A stretch of 64,000 nt of DNA. Source: an uncultured Chloroflexia bacterium (GTDB lineage: Bacteria; Chloroflexota; Limnocylindria; QHBO01). Every line of letters starts with the position of its first letter. The stretch's first letter is position 1. Positions 59,281 to 64,000 of the stretch are shown here, in pieces. Under the pieces are notes generated by a model. The model made no database searches. It was given only the letters and a program-made list of their open reading frames with translations, and was not told the DNA's origin. Made by a program: the position numbers and the translations under genes. The stretch is taken from positions 96,001-160,000 of the forward strand of contig CAWFCQ010000003.1 of assembly GCA_963814375.1 (NCBI GenBank), read 5' to 3'.

Positions 59281-60243
59281 TTGCAGGTCAACCGCGGACT
59301 CGTCTTCTGGGGCGTGGCGCTCATCAGCGCGGGGGCGGTCGCGCTCGCGATCCAGGCGGGGATCATCGACGACGAGGTGGCGCGCCGGCTGTGGCAGTAC
59401 TGGCCGGTCGTGCTCATCGTCATCGGCATCTCGATCCTGGCCGCGCGCACGGCGTTCGCGCTGGTGGCGACGCTGGTGGCGGCCGTGGTGGTCGGCGGGA
59501 TGGTCGGCACGCTGGCGGCGGGCTGGCCGGACGGCATCGGCATCGGATGCGGCGGCGAGGCGGGCCAGGTCGTAACCGAGCGCGGCTCCTTCGACGATGC
59601 TGCCGATGTCGAGCTGGACTTCAACTGCGGCGACCTGTCGGTGGCCATGGCGGAGGGCGCCGACTGGTCGGTCGAGGCGCGCCATGGCGGCGACGCGACG
59701 CCGGAGATCACCTCGAGTGGCAGCTCGCTGCGCGTGACCGCCGAGGATGTCAGCGTGTTCGGCTTCAGCGACGCGCGCCAGGAGTGGGACGTGACGCTGC
59801 CGACCGAGGCCAGCATCGCACTGTCGGTGGAGGCCAACGCGGCCTCGAGCAACCTCGACCTCGCCGGTGGCGACCTGTCGGAGCTGGGCATCGACGCCAA
59901 CGCCGGTGAGGTGAACCTCGGGCTCGCGGGCGCGTCGGTCGACGAGCTCTCGATCGACGCCAATGCCGGGTCGCTGTCGATCGATGCCGATGACGGGACC
60001 ACACTGGACGGGTCGGTCGAGATGAACGCGGGATCGCTCGAGCTGTGCGTGCCGGACGGGGTCACCCTCGCCATCACGCTGGCCGACGACAACATCACCT
60101 TCAGCCACAACCTCGACGAGAGCGGCCTCTCTCAGCAGGGCGACACGTGGTCGACGGGCGGCGACTCCGCGCCGACCATCACGCTCCGCGTCGACGGAAA
60201 CGCGGCGAGCTTCACCCTGAACCCTGAAGAGGGATGCGCATGA
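59281..60243 (+). CDS. LiaF/LiaG-like membrane protein (DUF5668-like TM + DUF4097-like beta repeats)
   Basis: GLVFWGVALI...WQYWPVVLIVIGI, then repeated IDANAG beta units. Confidence 0.75.
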   Translation: MQVNRGLVFWGVALISAGAVALAIQAGIIDDEVARRLWQYWPVVLIVIGISILAARTAFALVATLVAAVVVGGMVGTLAAGWPDGIGIGCGGEAGQVVTERGSFDDAADVELDFNCGDLSVAMAEGADWSVEARHGGDATPEITSSGSSLRVTAEDVSVFGFSDARQEWDVTLPTEASIALSVEANAASSNLDLAGGDLSELGIDANAGEVNLGLAGASVDELSIDANAGSLSIDADDGTTLDGSVEMNAGSLELCVPDGVTLAITLADDNITFSHNLDESGLSQQGDTWSTGGDSAPTITLRVDGNAASFTLNPEEGCA

Positions 60244-60689
60244 ACCGGCGCCTGTACCGATCCCGCACCGACACGATCCTCGGCGGCGTCGCCTCCGGCC
60301 TCGCGACCTACCTGAATGCCGATCCGGCACTCGTTCGAATCGGCTGGGCGATTCTCGTGCCGCTGACCGGCGGAATTGCCCTCGTCGTCTACGTCATCGC
60401 CTGGATCGTCGTCCAGGAGGAGCCGGTTGGCTCGGCGGCGAGGCCATCGGTGACCGACCCCGTCACCGGGGTGGTGGTGGAGCCGGCCGGAGGTGATTCG
60501 CTGCCGGAGCCGGTCGGCCGCGCGAGTGATGGACGCGCGGGCATCGTGGTCGGCATCGGCCTCGTGCTGCTCGGACTCTGGTTCCTGCTGCGCGACTACC
60601 TGCCCGACATCGACTGGAGCCTCGTCTGGCCGCTCGTCATCGTGGGCATAGGTGCCGCCATCCTCGTCATCTCGATGCGACGGCGGTAG
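60240..60689 (+). CDS. pspC: PspC-domain protein with C-terminal DUF5668-like TM hairpin
   Basis: RLYRSRTDTILGGVASGLA.Y...DPALVRI...YVIAWIV. Confidence 0.88.
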   Translation: MNRRLYRSRTDTILGGVASGLATYLNADPALVRIGWAILVPLTGGIALVVYVIAWIVVQEEPVGSAARPSVTDPVTGVVVEPAGGDSLPEPVGRASDGRAGIVVGIGLVLLGLWFLLRDYLPDIDWSLVWPLVIVGIGAAILVISMRRR

Positions 60690-60692
60690 GCG

Positions 60693-63600
60693 TCAGCCGC
60701 CCTCGGGCATCGGTCCGGTGGCAACCTCGGGCTCGCGTTCGCGCAGGCGCTCCCACCAGCGGCGGCCGCTAATCGCGAACCAGCCGGCGGCGACGGCGGC
60801 CATCACGCCCACCGCGGCCTTGAGCGCCCCCACTGACACGAGCTCCTCGCGTGACCCGGTCGGGGGGTCGGGAAACTGGAAGCCGAAGTTCCACGGCGGC
60901 AGCGCGCGAGCCGCGTTGATATACCAGTCCGGCATCGGCAGGGCGGAGCCCAGCGGGAAGATGGCGATCCCGACGATCACCGCCAGCGCCAGGTAGCCGA
61001 GCGCCACGTCACGCCACGCGGGGCGGCGCAGCAGCTCGTCGACGATGTAGGCGACAGCGATCATCGCGAAGATCACCGCCGTGAGGTAGTGGTAGGCGAA
61101 GGTGGCGCGCTCGATCCGGATCCACGGCACGAACTGGAAGGCGAAGGCCGCCACCACCAGCACCAGCGCCGGCGAGCGGCGCTTCCAGGCCAGCACGGTG
61201 CACGCGGCGAGCGCGGGAATGCCGGCCCAGAACAGGACGGGGTTGCCACCGTTGTAGATGACCGCCAGCAGCTCGTTGTCGAACGAGCCGGAGTAGAACC
61301 AGGTCGGCTTCAGCGCCAGCGGCCAGCTCCACCACGGCGAGGCGCTGTCGTGGCCCGCGGTCAGGTTGAAGTGGTAGCCGAACATCTGCGCGTGCAGCTC
61401 GTCGATCGACCAGCCGTAGCCGGGGCCGCCGCCGATGGCCCAGTCGTGGCCGAGCTGGAGATACGGGATGTAGGTGAGCCCGTAGACGACGAGCGGGATG
61501 ACGATCAGGCAGGCGCCCACCCACGGCCAGGCGAAGCCGCCCATCTCGGCGGGTCCATACCAGCGCGCGTCGGAGCGCGGGTCACGCAGCGAGCGCCACG
61601 CCCGCCACGCGACGAGCATTCCCGCGACGCCGATCATGATCCAGACCGGCCAGCCGACCTGGGCGCCGCGCGCGAGGAGCCCGAACAGCAGCTCCACCGC
61701 GCCGTTCGGTTCCCGCGCATCGGGCACCTGGTCGAACGCGATCACGAAGGCCAATCCAACCCCGGCGAAGACCGCGATGCTGGCCGGGATCGCGGTCAGC
61801 ACCTCGCGGCGATCGAGGCGAATCGGCCGCACCCAGGTGATCGTCAGCGCCAGCGCGGTCAGGCCGACCATGACGAGCAGGAACGGCCACGGCGCCCCCA
61901 CCCCGCCGACGACGGTCGCCAGCGCCACGAGCGCCACCAGGAACAGCCGCCCGAGGTTGGATCTCGCCAGGACGAGCACCAGGAGGCCCGCCAGGGCATA
62001 GAAGCCGACCCACTTCGTCGAGGCCGCCAGGCCGATGAGGACGCCGGTCAGCGGCAGCGCCCACCACGCGCTGCGCGCCCATCGGCCTGACCAGATCTGC
62101 CAGAAGAGCAGGTACGCGGCGACGATGAAGGTCGCCACGAAGATGTCGTTCATGCTGATCCGGCTCATGACGTAGCTCATCGGGTCGAGAGCGACGAAGG
62201 CGGCGGCCAGGATCGCGATGCGGCGGCGGCCGAACATGGTGGCGACGAGCAGGTAGACGAGCGCGACCAGCGCGACCCCGAAGAGGACGCCGGCGAGGCG
62301 CCACGCGAACGCGTTGCTGCCCGCGTCGATCGCGACGAGCGAGGCGGCGCCATCCTCGGCGGCGGTGCTGACCAGCAGGCGCCCGGCGTCGTCATCCTGC
62401 GAGGTGGTGGCGATGTCGAACGCCATGGAGAGCGGCGTGCCCGGCAGCTCGGTGGCGTCGAAGGCGGCGAGACCAATCGTCCCGTCGCCTCGCGTCTCGG
62501 CGTGCGGCTCGAGCGTCCACGTCTCGGGGACGCCCGCCGCCGTCGTGCCCGCGATGTAGGTCAGCCCGGCGACCCGCTGCTCGGCGATGAGCAGCGGCGC
62601 ACCCGGCAGCGGGACGAGGCCGAGTGTGCACGGGTCGCCGCTGCAGCGACCGTTGCTGCCGTCCGCGTCCAGGAAGGCGAGGCCGCCGATCGTGGCGGGA
62701 TGCTCGGCTGTCGCGGCCAGCGGACCGGTGAGGGCCAGCACCTCCTGTGAGTCGCCTCGATCGCGCACGAGGATCGGACCGATGAGAGGCGCCTCGACCG
62801 GTTCCGCCTCGTACTCCGGGCGCGGCTCCAGCGTGCTCGCATCGAGATACTCGACGGTGTTGCGCGCCGGGTCGGAGACGACCACCCAGTCCGGCTCCTC
62901 CTCCTCGACCCCCACGACGAGGCCGATGCCGCCGTACATGCCCTCGGCGCTCGCGAGGACCTCGTCGGTGGCCCGCTCGATGACGGCCACGCCGTCCGTC
63001 CCGCGCAGCAGGATCGGATCGCTCGCCTCGGACGGCACGAGTACCTGGTTCACGGTCTCCAGCCCGGACTCGATCGATGGACCGGCCGGCGGCGCGCGGC
63101 CGTCCGGCGACGCCAGCAGACCGGCGAGCTCATAGGTCTCGACCGTTCCGCTGTCAGCGCGGCCAACGAGGAGGCGGTAGGCCTCGGCGTCATACGCCAG
63201 CGAGGCGATCGGGCCGCCGGCGCTCCAGCTCGCGACCTCCTCGCCCGTATCGGCGTCCATCGCGGTGATCGTCGCGCCCCCAGCCGCAAGGAGGGCGATG
63301 GAGCGATCGTGGCCGACGGACGCGCGCCGGGGCGCGACGGTCAGCGCGCTCGAGGCGGATTCCAGCTCGGTGCTGCCGACGACGCGGTTCGGATCGGCGG
63401 CGACGATGCCGCCTGCGATGAGGTACTTCGCCAGCATCGGGTGGGTCCACTCGTACACGTCGCGCGTCCAGTCGTTGTTCCAGTTGGCGAGGAACTCGGC
63501 GGCCGAGCGCGCGTGGTAGACCTCGTCGAAGTGCTGGCTGCGCGGGGTGTCGAGGCGCCAGAGGCGGAAGACGAGCGCGAACACCACGAGCGCCAGCAGG

Positions 63601-64000
63601 GCGAGCGCGTCGCGCCGGTCGAGGCGGCGTGACGGCTCGTGCAGGTAGGCGTCGGCGGGATTCGGGGCGAGCCACACGGCACCGGCAGCCGCCCGTCGTG
63701 GCTCTCGGCCGGCGAGGGCGACAGGCGGCGCGGCGGCGCTCTCCGGCGCGAGCTGCATCGGCTGCTCGCGCGGCTCGAGGCTCAGCCGCAGCGCAAGCCA
63801 CGCCACGACCGCCAGCGCCACGGTGATCAGCAGCGCCAGCAGCCAGATGCCGCCGTCGGTCAGCAGCGTCGAGGTGAGCAGCTCGCTCTGCGGCATCGGC
63901 GCGCCGTTGACACCGGGGTTGATGATGCGCGGCCCGGCGAACGACCAGTCCTCGGTATAGACCCAATAGATGTTCGCGAAGAACGAGACCGACAGGGCGG
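60693..64000 (-). CDS. Large polyprenol-phosphate-dependent (PMT/GT39-like) glycosyltransferase with an extracellular insertion; 5' end outside the window
   Basis: HFDEVYHA, THPMLAK, SRISMND, STKW, HDSASPWWSWP, GNPV, FAYHY. The frame is open to the window end. Confidence 0.85.
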   Translation of the reverse strand, partial: ALSVSFFANIYWVYTEDWSFAGPRIINPGVNGAPMPQSELLTSTLLTDGGIWLLALLITVALAVVAWLALRLSLEPREQPMQLAPESAAAPPVALAGREPRRAAAGAVWLAPNPADAYLHEPSRRLDRRDALALLALVVFALVFRLWRLDTPRSQHFDEVYHARSAAEFLANWNNDWTRDVYEWTHPMLAKYLIAGGIVAADPNRVVGSTELESASSALTVAPRRASVGHDRSIALLAAGGATITAMDADTGEEVASWSAGGPIASLAYDAEAYRLLVGRADSGTVETYELAGLLASPDGRAPPAGPSIESGLETVNQVLVPSEASDPILLRGTDGVAVIERATDEVLASAEGMYGGIGLVVGVEEEEPDWVVVSDPARNTVEYLDASTLEPRPEYEAEPVEAPLIGPILVRDRGDSQEVLALTGPLAATAEHPATIGGLAFLDADGSNGRCSGDPCTLGLVPLPGAPLLIAEQRVAGLTYIAGTTAAGVPETWTLEPHAETRGDGTIGLAAFDATELPGTPLSMAFDIATTSQDDDAGRLLVSTAAEDGAASLVAIDAGSNAFAWRLAGVLFGVALVALVYLLVATMFGRRRIAILAAAFVALDPMSYVMSRISMNDIFVATFIVAAYLLFWQIWSGRWARSAWWALPLTGVLIGLAASTKWVGFYALAGLLVLVLARSNLGRLFLVALVALATVVGGVGAPWPFLLVMVGLTALALTITWVRPIRLDRREVLTAIPASIAVFAGVGLAFVIAFDQVPDAREPNGAVELLFGLLARGAQVGWPVWIMIGVAGMLVAWRAWRSLRDPRSDARWYGPAEMGGFAWPWVGACLIVIPLVVYGLTYIPYLQLGHDWAIGGGPGYGWSIDELHAQMFGYHFNLTAGHDSASPWWSWPLALKPTWFYSGSFDNELLAVIYNGGNPVLFWAGIPALAACTVLAWKRRSPALVLVVAAFAFQFVPWIRIERATFAYHYLTAVIFAMIAVAYIVDELLRRPAWRDVALGYLALAVIVGIAIFPLGSALPMPDWYINAARALPPWNFGFQFPDPPTGSREELVSVGALKAAVGVMAAVAAGWFAISGRRWWERLREREPEVATGPMPEGG

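Overview
High-GC bacterial chromosomal segment of mostly housekeeping genes. The gene set and protein styles suggest an uncultured Chloroflexota lineage such as Limnocylindria; this is an inference. In order it contains: a glucosylglycerate cluster (Ggs-like GT, USP-USP-GpgS fusion, glycerate kinase), a DEAD-box helicase, ZIP/Zur, galE, cca, HNH, two tandem membrane cyclases, pdxST, a Ycf45-like ATPase, tmk, darA, a full complex I operon, otsA/otsB, a sortase-like gene, MFS/ABC genes, an ArsR-pgsA-ino1-2xpatA-PHP-pimA operon, a cyclase-AAA-TPR gene, an attenuator-controlled ABC+3xGNAT operon, a PspC locus and a partial protein O-mannosyltransferase. The stand-out system is complex I. In an 11-subunit-type nuoABCDH-I-JKLMN operon, nuoI is split in two by an inserted Stn/Nso-like module. 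NuoI-N is fused to a cofactor-degenerate NuoE, NuoF is degenerate, and NuoI-C is fused to the end of an intact NuoG/GltD-type FAD/NADPH flavoprotein. Other notable signals are several intact pseudo-enzymes (ligase, DeoC, sortase, ABC ATPase), repeated CTG start codons, leaderless promoters, long rod-like intergenic palindromes and a leader-peptide attenuator. Many single-base frameshifts look like long-read consensus errors. No rRNA, tRNA, CRISPR array or transposase was seen.
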